IMG/VR virus record: IMGVR_UViG_3300049198_000021
Coordinates: 64,001 to 128,000 of that record
Length of the DNA stretch: 64,000 bases
Source: a virus
Taxonomy: Duplodnaviria > Caudoviricetes
Strand: one strand, 5' to 3'
Below the pieces are notes generated by a model. The model saw only the letters and a program-made list of their open reading frames with translations. It was not told the origin of the DNA and ran no database searches. Below are positions 35,724-44,806 of the stretch, piece by piece (the first letter of the stretch is position 1; each line of letters begins with the position of its first letter). A program made the translations under genes and the position numbers.

Positions 35724-37148
35724 ATGGCCCTCATTCACGGTGCAGGCGGAACGCCGGTCGATGTTGATGCAAACGGCACTCTCGCAACTGGCCTCTTCGA
35801 TGCGGCTGGTAACCCGATCAGCAAGACTGAGGGTGGCGCTTATTCGTCAAGCCAAGGCTTCTTGCCGATCGGCGGCGTCAACGACGGCGTGTATCGTCCG
35901 ATCCGGGTCGGACGCAGTGGTGGTATTGCTTCCACCAAATACACCCCGCTGATCGAATATCTGCTCTACACGGCGGCTCTCCCGCCCGCGTGGTTGGCTC
36001 CGGCCACCACTATGACTGTGACCCACTCGATCACGGCCGGCACGCTGCTCAACGCCTCGGCGATCGGGACTTTGAACACCAACGCTGCTATCGCCTCAAT
36101 GCAGGCGGTCCCGAAGATGCAGCGGGCTCCGGTTATGTCCCGGACACGCGCTCGCCTCATCAAGGGCGGGACAAACGGCGTCGCTGAAATCGGTGTATGC
36201 TCGACGCAGGCACCGGGTTCCGCGATCGTGCCCAACGGATTCTTCTTCCAGTATGCGGCTGATGGTTCGCTCAAGCCGGTCATCGTGTTCAACTCCGCCG
36301 TGGTGGACGCCGGTGTGGACTTTGTGGCCTCGATCGACTCGACGCGTTACTACACATGGGACATCATTGCCGACGACAACAGCATCAACTTCGTGGTGCA
36401 GGATTCCACCACCGGCGCGATCATCACCGATCAGACACTGAGCATCGGATCGGACGCAAACCGTCTGGGCTCGCTGCCTTACTTCTTCGCTTCTGCTCGG
36501 GCGTATGTGGGCGGTGTCGCCAACGTTGGTGCCGCAACCCAAATCTACGTTGCCGACATGACAGTCGGTATCCTTGATTTGGATGCTGGTAAGCCATGGG
36601 CTCATGCCATGGCGGGTATGGGTAAGGGCAGCGTCGTCAACCCGACCGTCGCTCTGGCTCAGCTTGAGAACTATGCGAACACGGCTGCACCGGCTTCGGC
36701 AACCCTATCGAACACGGCCGCTGGTTACACCACCCTCGGTGGTCAGTTCCAGTTCGCGGCTGTGGCCGGCGCTGAAACCGACTACGCCCTGTTCGCCTTC
36801 ACGGTCCCGGTGGGCGTCAAGCTCAACGTCACTGAAATCAACATCGATACGTTCAACCTCGGCGCGGCAGTTGCGACCAGTGCGACGCTGCTACAGTGGT
36901 TTGCCGGTGTGGACGGGGCGGCCGTAACCTTGGCTTCCAACAACTTCCGTAAGGTTCTCGGCGCTCAGTCGTTCCCGATCGGCGCTGCTATCGGCGCACA
37001 GGCTCCGGTTGTTTCACGTCAGTTCCAGACACCATTGGTCACCAACTCCGGACGTGTCTTCCATGTTGGTCTCAAGATGCCTCTCGGAACTGCCACGGCT
37101 TCCCAGATCATCCGTGGTTTGGTGAGCATCAACGGTTACTTCGAGTAA
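35724..37148 (+). CDS. Putative virion structural protein (474 aa)
   Basis: Ala/Gly/Thr-rich, beta-rich; AAGGA RBS. Confidence 0.7.
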   Translation: MALIHGAGGTPVDVDANGTLATGLFDAAGNPISKTEGGAYSSSQGFLPIGGVNDGVYRPIRVGRSGGIASTKYTPLIEYLLYTAALPPAWLAPATTMTVTHSITAGTLLNASAIGTLNTNAAIASMQAVPKMQRAPVMSRTRARLIKGGTNGVAEIGVCSTQAPGSAIVPNGFFFQYAADGSLKPVIVFNSAVVDAGVDFVASIDSTRYYTWDIIADDNSINFVVQDSTTGAIITDQTLSIGSDANRLGSLPYFFASARAYVGGVANVGAATQIYVADMTVGILDLDAGKPWAHAMAGMGKGSVVNPTVALAQLENYANTAAPASATLSNTAAGYTTLGGQFQFAAVAGAETDYALFAFTVPVGVKLNVTEINIDTFNLGAAVATSATLLQWFAGVDGAAVTLASNNFRKVLGAQSFPIGAAIGAQAPVVSRQFQTPLVTNSGRVFHVGLKMPLGTATASQIIRGLVSINGYFE

Positions 37149-37150
37149 GT

Positions 37151-37195
37151 CACCGCAATTCTGACTTGACAGTGGTGGAACATTCTGATAGGTTC
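37151..37195 (+). promoter_or_regulatory. Promoter with CACCGCAATTCT motif and TTGACA
   Basis: Motif 37151-62; TTGACA at 37166. Confidence 0.6.
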
Positions 37196-37204
37196 CTCAC
37201 TAAT

Positions 37205-37575
37205 CAAATGTAGCATCACGCGCCTAGGCGGCATCTCGTTGTAAGATTGAGACCACAGGGAGGCGAGGCGGAGGTAGTAAGTCCTTGGTCGGACCAAACC
37301 CCGAGACGGACCAAACTGCGATCGAAAAGGCGGATTGTCATTTACCGAAGTGCTTGGTGTGGTAGGTAAGCCCGGTTCCAGTGGGGCCAGATGGGCAAGC
37401 CCCTTCTCACGCGTGGTAGGTCTTACAAGACCGCTCGAAGCGCGGGGATTGTTTCAAGCATCCAAACCAACACGGTAGCCCATAGTGGGTAGCGTTGGTT
37501 TGGCGGGTGGGCTCCCGAAAGCAGCCCTGTCTCCTCCCAGACTGGCCCGGCGGTGAAAGCCGCCGGGTCCTTTTT
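37205..37575 (+). ncRNA. Candidate large structured non-coding RNA
   Basis: No credible ORF; promoter upstream, terminator downstream; several long-range complementary segments. Confidence 0.55.
37544..37575 (+). terminator. Intrinsic terminator
   Basis: GGCCCGGCGGT GAAA GCCGCCGGGTC CTTTTT. Confidence 0.8.
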
Positions 37576-37591
37576 CCGGAAGTTCTTCTCC

Positions 37592-39364
37592 TTGGCTGAT
37601 AAAATCACAAAGCGGCAAGCCCGCACCTTCGCTCAGCGACAGGCGCTCTATGCTACGCGTCAGTCCAAGCAGCAGATGATGGAGAATGTCCCGCTCTTCG
37701 CGAACTGGGACTATGCCAACTGGCGCTTGATCTGGCTGGCGATCCGCCATGCCATGATCGGCGAAGTCGAGATCAAGAAGCACGGCACCGAATATCTACC
37801 CCAGCCGGAAGGTATGGACGAAAGCCAGTATTCGGCCTACCTTGATCGCGCTGTTTTCTACAACATGGTCTACCGCACCGTCACCGGCCTCACCGGTGCG
37901 ATCTATCGGCGTGACCCGCGCTTGATGAAAGCCGGCCCCAAGGTCCGCGAGCTTTCGAAGCGCATCTCCAAGGACGGCCTGTCCCTCAAGCTGTTCGCCA
38001 AGGTCATCACGCAGGAAATGCTCTCGACCGGACGCTATGGCGTTCTGGTTGACAAGACCGACGATGCAAACAGCCTGACCGCCAACCCTTACCTCGCGGG
38101 CTACACCTGCGAGAATATCTTGGACTGGACGACGACTGAGATCGATGGCCGGGACGAGTTCGACTACATCCTGCTGCGCGAGTTCAGCGTCGATCGCCGT
38201 TTCTTCGAAATGATCGCTGATCAGGTGGTTCCGAACGCCACCTACGGCCAGTTGTTCACCGTCTACCGGGTCCTCAGGCTCATCTACAACGAGATGGACA
38301 ACCGCTGGGAATACCGGCAGGAACTCTACGCTCGTGGTTCGGCCGACGCCGATCTTTCGGAAGAGCCGATCATCACGACCCCGATGGTATTTGGCGTCCC
38401 GATGAAGCGCATCCCGTTCCGCTTCTTCAATGCCACGACCAATCTAGGCGACATCGAAAAGCCGCCGATCCTCGACATCCTGACGCTCAACCTCTCGCAC
38501 TACAAGAGCTACGCTCAGCTTGAGCATGGCCGCTTCTACACCGCCAACCCGGTCTATTACGTCTCGGGCGGACAGGAAGATGACGAATACCACATCGGCC
38601 CGTCGGTCGTCTGGGAAATCGGCAACGGTGAGAAGGCCGGTATCATCGAGTTCAACGGCTCTGGTATGAAGAGCCTTGAGAACGCCTTGCAGCAAAAGGA
38701 GACGCAGGTCGCTTCGCTGGGTGGTCGGTTGCTGGGCGACTCTTCAACTGCCGGCCAGTCGGACAATCAGGTCAAGCTCAAGGACCGCAACGAAGCGTCC
38801 TTGCTTCTCAACGTCACCACGGTCCTCAACGAGAACTTCACCGAACTGCTGACCATCCTTGGAAACTGGATGAACGAACGCTCGGAAGGTCTGGAGTTCC
38901 GGGTCAACCAAGACTTCCTGCTCGATCAGGCAGCCGCCCGCGAGTTCCGCGCCATCACGATGATGTATCAGGCCGGGCTCATTGGTATCGAGATCATCTA
39001 CGAATACTTCCTCAAGGCGGATGTCATTCCTGAGTATGTGACTCTGGAAATGTTCACCAAGATGCTGGAAGATCAGGCTCAGTTCCCGAACAACCCAGAC
39101 TTCGAAAGCCGCCAGCAAGGGTTCCCGGATGCCCGGACCCAGCGCGCCGACGAACTGGCTCGCGATCTGGACGACAACGAGACCGATCGCCTCGACACCG
39201 AATTGGAATCGGACGAAGCGATCGCCGAAGAGTCCCGCAAGTCAGCCGAGAAGGTTGCCAAGTCACAGCCCAAGATCGCGCCTGTCCCGGCGACTGCCAA
39301 GCAGGCAATGCAAAAAGACGCCCCAGCGGTGGCTCCGGCCCCAAAGCCACAGCCAAAGGCGTAA
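37592..39364 (+). CDS. Portal protein (DUF4055-like)
   Basis: YLP......Y.AYL.RAVFYN, GRYGVLVD, KPPILDI..LNLSHY; start placed at TTG 37592 because the track start lies inside the terminator. Confidence 0.88.
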   Translation: MADKITKRQARTFAQRQALYATRQSKQQMMENVPLFANWDYANWRLIWLAIRHAMIGEVEIKKHGTEYLPQPEGMDESQYSAYLDRAVFYNMVYRTVTGLTGAIYRRDPRLMKAGPKVRELSKRISKDGLSLKLFAKVITQEMLSTGRYGVLVDKTDDANSLTANPYLAGYTCENILDWTTTEIDGRDEFDYILLREFSVDRRFFEMIADQVVPNATYGQLFTVYRVLRLIYNEMDNRWEYRQELYARGSADADLSEEPIITTPMVFGVPMKRIPFRFFNATTNLGDIEKPPILDILTLNLSHYKSYAQLEHGRFYTANPVYYVSGGQEDDEYHIGPSVVWEIGNGEKAGIIEFNGSGMKSLENALQQKETQVASLGGRLLGDSSTAGQSDNQVKLKDRNEASLLLNVTTVLNENFTELLTILGNWMNERSEGLEFRVNQDFLLDQAAAREFRAITMMYQAGLIGIEIIYEYFLKADVIPEYVTLEMFTKMLEDQAQFPNNPDFESRQQGFPDARTQRADELARDLDDNETDRLDTELESDEAIAEESRKSAEKVAKSQPKIAPVPATAKQAMQKDAPAVAPAPKPQPKA

Positions 39365-39367
39365 TCG

Positions 39368-39544
39368 ATGAGTAACCCGGACTACGACATCCACTTGGAT
39401 CGAGATCAGTTCAATTCTTTGTTCGACGATGATGGAGAGTCCGGGTTCCCTTACGGGGAAGATTTGGATGACATTGAACGTGCTATAGCCGAGGAACTAG
39501 GTCCTTCAAAGCCTAGGAAGAAGAGAAAGAACCCTAAAAAGTAA
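39368..39544 (+). CDS. Small protein with acidic N-terminus and basic C-terminus (58 aa)
   Basis: Manual translation MSNPDYDIHLD...KPRKKRKNPKK. Confidence 0.55.
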   Translation: MSNPDYDIHLDRDQFNSLFDDDGESGFPYGEDLDDIERAIAEELGPSKPRKKRKNPKK

Positions 39545-39558
39545 CTTTTTTATTCCAT

Positions 39559-39603
39559 CACCGCCATTTTAGCTTGACAGTGCATGGAAAATCTCGTATC
39601 CTT
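39559..39603 (+). promoter_or_regulatory. Promoter of the head operon with CACCGCCATTTT motif
   Basis: Motif 39559-70; TTGACA at 39574; TATCCT at 39597. Confidence 0.7.
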
Positions 39604-39835
39604 GTCGGCACATTGGAATTGAACGCGATTACCGGGGTCCGGAACAACCGCTTCTTCCACTTCCCAAACAACTGGCTCCGGGGGAGCCTTCACCCAATCC
39701 CCCAAGGTTCGGAACAAGAAGTAACGCGCCGGTGCGCCGGCAGTCAGCCTTCTTGTTCTGGGAAATCCTCTGGAGGGTCCGGAGGTCGCGACGTGAGACG
39801 CGTTTATCTCCAGAACCCTCGGTGAGGATTTCTCA

Positions 39836-40624
39836 ATGCCCATTATCAATTTCAATACCCTCGAAGAAGTTCCGGCGGAACTCCGCGAGTATGCCAAGGC
39901 CGACGAAGAGTCCGGTAAGTTCGGCGTCAACGTCGTCCCCAACCAGAAGCTCGTCGAGTTTCGTGAAAAGAATATCGACCTGAGCAAGCGGCTCGAAGCG
40001 GTCACTCCGACCCTCGCCCGAGTTCAGGAAATCGCCGGCGAAGACCTCGATGCCTTCGTCAACGACCTCAACGGTCTCCGTGACATCGCCCAGCGCGTGA
40101 AGGACGGGGAACTCAAGACTGACGACCAGATCGAATCTGCGGTTCAGGATCGCATCAAGGTTCTCCGGGACGGCTACGACGAAAACTCGAAGGCGCTCCG
40201 CAAGGAACTGACCGAATACCAACAGAAGGCCCAGACGCTCACCGAGCGACTGAACCGCACTGTTATCGACAAGGAAGTCACTGCGGCCGTCATCGTGCCG
40301 GAAAGCGGCGTCCAGCCTCAGGCTCTGCCGGACATTCTCCAGCGTGCCTACGGTCTTTTCAAGATCGAGGATGGGCAACTGGTTCCGAAGCGCGGCGAAA
40401 GCGTGATTTACGGCAGCGACGGCGCGAGCCCGATGAGCGTTTCCGAATGGCTCATCAAGCTCCGCGACGAAGCGCCCCACTACTTCAAGGGCAACAATGG
40501 CGGCGGTGCTGCTGGTGGTAAGGAAGAGAAGATTGGCGGCATGACCGCTGCTCAGATCGCCCAGCTTTCGCCCATGCAACGCCTTGAACTGGCGAACAAG
40601 ACCGGCGGCAAAAACGGCCGTTAA
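39836..40624 (+). CDS. Capsid scaffolding protein
   Basis: Coiled-coil; C-terminal APHYF...GGGA.G; lies between portal and capsid. Confidence 0.75.
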   Translation: MPIINFNTLEEVPAELREYAKADEESGKFGVNVVPNQKLVEFREKNIDLSKRLEAVTPTLARVQEIAGEDLDAFVNDLNGLRDIAQRVKDGELKTDDQIESAVQDRIKVLRDGYDENSKALRKELTEYQQKAQTLTERLNRTVIDKEVTAAVIVPESGVQPQALPDILQRAYGLFKIEDGQLVPKRGESVIYGSDGASPMSVSEWLIKLRDEAPHYFKGNNGGGAAGGKEEKIGGMTAAQIAQLSPMQRLELANKTGGKNGR

Positions 40625-40750
40625 GGTTAACGACTTCGGTCGGTCGTCAGTTCCCAAGAGATCACCCCGGCTTTGGTAGCCTGTCGGGGTTAGTCAATCA
40701 ACCCCTCAGGCTACCGACGACCAACCACCACTCTCTAGGAGTTTTTCAAT

Positions 40751-41677
40751 ATGCTCACTCTGCACGAGGCATCCAAGCTCGTCGATGGTGATCTCAAGCG
40801 TCAGGCGATCATCGAGATGTTCGCTGGCTCGACCGATCTCATGGCCGCTCTGCCCCTCATGGACATTCCGGGTAACTCGTATAGCTACGCTCAGGAAGCG
40901 AAGCTGCCGAGCGTCGGGTTCCGTGGTTACAACCAAGGCTATGACGCGTCGATCGGCGTGATCAACCCGCAGTCCGAAACCCTCCGCATCGCCGGTGGTG
41001 AACTGGATGTCGATACCGCGCTCGTCAAGACGCACGGCATCGGTGTTCGCACCCGTCAGGAAGCGATGCAGGTCAAGGCAATGGGTGCCAAGATCACCGC
41101 AGCCTTCATCAACGGCGACTCCAGCGATGGCGTTTCGTTCGATGGTCTGCGTGCCCGCGTCAATGGCTACCAGCTTCTGGCTGCCGACGAAGACAGCCCG
41201 GCTGCAAACGGCCCGCTGAGCCTCGCAACGCTCGACGAAGCGATCGACCGTGTGGACAATCCGACCCACATCATCATGTCCAAGCGTATGCGCAACCTGC
41301 TCTCGCAGGCCGCAAAGGACAAGGATGTCGGCGGTGACCTCCAGTGGTCGAAGGACGACTTCGGCCGTCGCGTTGGCTTCTACAACGACTTGCCGATCCT
41401 CATCACTGAGGACGACGACAAGGGCGAGAAGATCATCGACTTCAACGAAGCCGGCCCGGCCGGCGGCGCGGTCAGCCAGTCCGTCTATGTCGTGAGCATG
41501 GGCGACGGCAAGATCGTCGGCCTCCAGAACGGCATCATGGATGTCCGCGATCTGGGCGAAATCGACGCAATGCCGGTTTACCGCACCCGCGTCGAGTGGC
41601 TGATTGCCATGGCCGTCATGCACGGCAAGGCAGTGGCCCGCATCTGGGGCATCACCAACGCGGCGATCGTTCGCTAA
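40751..41677 (+). CDS. Major capsid protein
   Basis: LTL.EA.K, LP.VGFR..N.GY, GGELDVD, FINGD, FDGL motifs; position. Confidence 0.88.
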   Translation: MLTLHEASKLVDGDLKRQAIIEMFAGSTDLMAALPLMDIPGNSYSYAQEAKLPSVGFRGYNQGYDASIGVINPQSETLRIAGGELDVDTALVKTHGIGVRTRQEAMQVKAMGAKITAAFINGDSSDGVSFDGLRARVNGYQLLAADEDSPAANGPLSLATLDEAIDRVDNPTHIIMSKRMRNLLSQAAKDKDVGGDLQWSKDDFGRRVGFYNDLPILITEDDDKGEKIIDFNEAGPAGGAVSQSVYVVSMGDGKIVGLQNGIMDVRDLGEIDAMPVYRTRVEWLIAMAVMHGKAVARIWGITNAAIVR

Positions 41678-41751
41678 GTTGGTGAGGTGGGGGAGGTTTC
41701 GACCTCCCCACTGACCCTCCTCCACCAAACCTTCCTCAGGAGTCCATTACC

Positions 41752-42195
41752 ATGGCAAAGCTCAAGTCCAACTTCAAGTATATGCTCGACGCTGCACCGT
41801 CGATCACTTTCCGCGACGGCTCGGCCGCTGCCCTCACGGCAGACGCCAACACCGCTGCGATCGTTCTCGATACCCTCGACGGCTACTGGAACACCAACAA
41901 CGAACTGGCTGACAGCACGTTCGCTGTCGTGATCAACGTCAACCAACTCGACGAGACCACTGGCGACGAAACCTACGTCCTCAACCTCGTCGCCGGCCCG
42001 GTTGGCTTCGCCACCTCGACCGTCGTTGGCACCGTGACCGTCCGCGAAACCGGCCAGCACGTCATCCTCGTTGATGTCGATACCGTCCGCAAGTCGGTGG
42101 CGAATGCCGAAGCCCTCCGCATCGCGGTGGATGTGACTGGCACCACGCCGATCATCGATTTCACTGCCTTCATCGGCGGCGCGATCATCCGCTAA
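41752..42195 (+). CDS. Minor capsid/decoration protein
   Basis: Beta-rich 147 aa directly after the major capsid gene; AGGAG RBS; terminator follows. Confidence 0.7.
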   Translation: MAKLKSNFKYMLDAAPSITFRDGSAAALTADANTAAIVLDTLDGYWNTNNELADSTFAVVINVNQLDETTGDETYVLNLVAGPVGFATSTVVGTVTVRETGQHVILVDVDTVRKSVANAEALRIAVDVTGTTPIIDFTAFIGGAIIR

Positions 42196-42255
42196 GTCTT
42201 AGAGGGCCGGGTAACACCGGCCCTTTTCGGCCCGACCCAGACTTAGGAGTCAATC

Positions 42256-42738
42256 ATGAGCAACCCCAACGTCGTTACGGTTTACAGCCCCGAAGGTGAG
42301 CCGTTCGAAATGAGCCGCGTGAATGCGCGTGACCTTTGCAGCCATCGTGGCTGGTCAATGTCCCCGCTGACCGTTCCCCCGCTCAAGGCTGAGAAGCCGA
42401 CCGAAATCAAGACCGAAACGCCGGTCGCAACCAAGGAAGAAACCCATGCCGAAGATGACCGCGAAGGAAGCGGGAAAACTGACGCCACCGGGGAAACCGA
42501 AGATGGCGAAGGCGAAGGGTCAGAAGGCAGCCCCGGCGGCGAAGCCTCGGAGCCGGAACAAGAAGATGTATTGACCGATACGGCCATCTTCACGACCGAA
42601 GAGCAGTTCGCTGAACTGACCGACCGTGAAGACGTGGTGGCCTATCTGGCAAAGCACTTCCCCGATTTCCGCCCGCACCACAAAGCAGGCCGTGACGGTC
42701 TCGTCGCCAAGGCAATCGAACTCGCAACCAGCGAGTAA
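42256..42738 (+). CDS. Hypothetical protein with acidic low-complexity middle
   Basis: AGGAG RBS. Confidence 0.75.
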   Translation: MSNPNVVTVYSPEGEPFEMSRVNARDLCSHRGWSMSPLTVPPLKAEKPTEIKTETPVATKEETHAEDDREGSGKTDATGETEDGEGEGSEGSPGGEASEPEQEDVLTDTAIFTTEEQFAELTDREDVVAYLAKHFPDFRPHHKAGRDGLVAKAIELATSE

Positions 42739-42823
42739 TCAACCCAACAAATACCGCTTCGGCGGCTCCGCGCTCGGCACAGGCAAGTCGCCTTGCCGGG
42801 CGCTTTTCATTTGAGGAATCCAC

Positions 42824-43333
42824 ATGGCACTCGTAGTTGAAGATGGCACCGGTGTGGTCACCGCAAATGCTTATGCCTCTGTCGAAGAGGTGGATGAAAT
42901 TCTGGCTGTCAACATCCACTCGCAGTGGAGCCTAATCGTTGACGTGGAGACCAAGGAAAAGCTGATCCAGTGGTCCAGCCGCATCCTTGACGAACGCGTC
43001 AAATGGTTTGGGAAAAAGACACACGCAACCAGCGGCCGGGCTTGGCCCCGCCGGATGGTCAAAGACCGTGAAGGCATCCTGATCGAGGACAACGTTGTGC
43101 CGCTGGCTGTCAAGGTTGCCACGGCTGAGCTTGCCGATCACCTTCTGTCCGGCGACCCTGAGACCGCCAACACAGGATCGAACATCACAGCCCTGCAAGT
43201 CGATGTCGTCATGATCAAGTTCGACGCTCGTCTCGATGCTGAGCGGTTCCCGCCCAACCTTTCGAAAATCCTCTACGGCCTCGGCTTCATGTCGTTCGGC
43301 CGGGGCGGTCCCAAGAAGATCATCAAGCACTAA
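42824..43333 (+). CDS. Head-tail adaptor
   Basis: MALVVEDGTG...ANAY, AWPR, VP..VK.A..ELA motifs. Confidence 0.8.
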   Translation: MALVVEDGTGVVTANAYASVEEVDEILAVNIHSQWSLIVDVETKEKLIQWSSRILDERVKWFGKKTHATSGRAWPRRMVKDREGILIEDNVVPLAVKVATAELADHLLSGDPETANTGSNITALQVDVVMIKFDARLDAERFPPNLSKILYGLGFMSFGRGGPKKIIKH

Positions 43334-43336
43334 GCC

Positions 43337-43720
43337 ATGGCACTGAACGACATCATCAAGCAACAGGTGACCAATGCGTTCACCAATATCCTAGCACCGG
43401 GTGGACTCACTGAGTCCATCACGATGAAGTATTTCGTGGCTGATGGTGTGTTCGACGTTGAAGAAGATACGGCAGAGCCGCAGTTCAACGACGTTCCCGG
43501 CGTCATCGCCCTTGTCGCCAAGCCGACATTCGACGACGTGAAAAACCACAAGGTCATCATGGCTGATATTAAGCTGGTGATCGCCGGTCCACTACTACCA
43601 GCGGAGCCGCAAGCAGACACCGACAAGGTGATCCGTGCGAACGGTGAGGAATGGGATGTCCGTAAGGTCGTCGGCGTTCCGGGCGGATCGGTGTGGCTGG
43701 TCTTCATCTATCGGACCTAA
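43337..43720 (+). CDS. Head closure / neck protein
   Basis: Position and size. Confidence 0.65.
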   Translation: MALNDIIKQQVTNAFTNILAPGGLTESITMKYFVADGVFDVEEDTAEPQFNDVPGVIALVAKPTFDDVKNHKVIMADIKLVIAGPLLPAEPQADTDKVIRANGEEWDVRKVVGVPGGSVWLVFIYRT

Positions 43721-43721
43721 G

Positions 43722-44216
43722 ATGGCCGGCGCACGTCTCGAAGGACGCCAGCAGGCCCACGCAGCCGCGCTGTCATCGATCGAAGCACTGGAACGGAAGT
43801 TCGCTCAGAACATCCAAAATCTGGTGGAAGAGATCGATCACCACATCAAGGCACTGACTCCGGTCAACACCGGTCAGGCAGTTCGCAACTATATCTGGTC
43901 GGTCAACGCACCAAACCCGGTGGTCCACCAAGCGATCAACAACGGGGAAACCGGACGGACCAACCAGATGGCGTTGGGCACTGAACCTCGGCGTGGTGTT
44001 AACGAAGCGGCTGCCGCTGACAGCATGACCACTTTAGGGCTGATGAACAACCCATTCGGGGTGATCTACCTGACCAACAATTCCCCCGACATTGTGGGAC
44101 TTGAAATGGGCATCTTGCCGGGCCCGCCTTTCAAATCACGTTCTCCTCGCGGCATGTTTGGCGTCACGGAAGCCTACTTCAACGCGCTGGTCAAAGCACA
44201 AGGAATACTCAGGTGA
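43722..44216 (+). CDS. Tail completion / neck protein (HK97 gp10-like)
   Basis: TPVNTGQAVRNY, IYLTNN..., S..PRGM; start corrected to MAGAR. Confidence 0.7.
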   Translation: MAGARLEGRQQAHAAALSSIEALERKFAQNIQNLVEEIDHHIKALTPVNTGQAVRNYIWSVNAPNPVVHQAINNGETGRTNQMALGTEPRRGVNEAAAADSMTTLGLMNNPFGVIYLTNNSPDIVGLEMGILPGPPFKSRSPRGMFGVTEAYFNALVKAQGILR

Positions 44217-44653
44217 GTAAAGAAGCAGAGCGGGTCTATCTGACCAACAAGATGAAGGCTCGGGCCGACGAACTGGGATTCCCTATTTCCTATCCCAACC
44301 ACCAGTTCAACATCCCGGTCAATGAGACATATGGTGAGTTTCACATCATGTCCGGCCCCAAGCCCATCATCGTAGGCGGCGAGGGAAGCGGCCGGGTTCG
44401 GGTGCGCTACGTTGGTATGGTTCAACTGACCGTCTACGTCCCCAAGGATAAGGGAACCAAGAAAGCCGCACTTGCTCAGGATGTGTTCAAGGAAATCTTC
44501 CAGTTTAAGCTCGGGCGAGATGCTGAACAATCGAGCTACAAATTCGGTGTCCTCCAAGATTACAACCCTGAGACTACATCCGGATGGGAGTGTTATGTGG
44601 TTCGAGTGAGTTTCCACAGAGATTCAATCGAGACGGTCCAGATTAGCGAATAA
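44213..44653 (+). CDS. Tail terminator protein
   Basis: I.YPN..F, G.VQL.VYVP...GT; precedes the tail tube gene. Confidence 0.7.
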   Translation: MSKEAERVYLTNKMKARADELGFPISYPNHQFNIPVNETYGEFHIMSGPKPIIVGGEGSGRVRVRYVGMVQLTVYVPKDKGTKKAALAQDVFKEIFQFKLGRDAEQSSYKFGVLQDYNPETTSGWECYVVRVSFHRDSIETVQISE

Positions 44654-44806
44654 TTTAGGCAACACCGACATTATGACTGTGTGAGCGACATTCTCGCTTG
44701 ACACGTTAACCATTTTCGTTTACCATTGGCGTCTTAATTCCGCCCCTTTGGATGGGGCTGCGTTTAGACGCATCACTCCACCATAACTGAGAAGGGCAAT
44801 TCCAAA

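Noticed and set aside
37205-37575. tmRNA, RNase P RNA or self-splicing intron
   Set aside because: No tRNA-like ends; only loose resemblance to RNase P GAGGAAAGUCC without its partner motif; it does not interrupt a gene. Kept as an unknown ncRNA.
37553-37591. Portal start at GTG 37553
   Set aside because: Lies inside a terminator hairpin with no RBS; TTG 37592 is more plausible.
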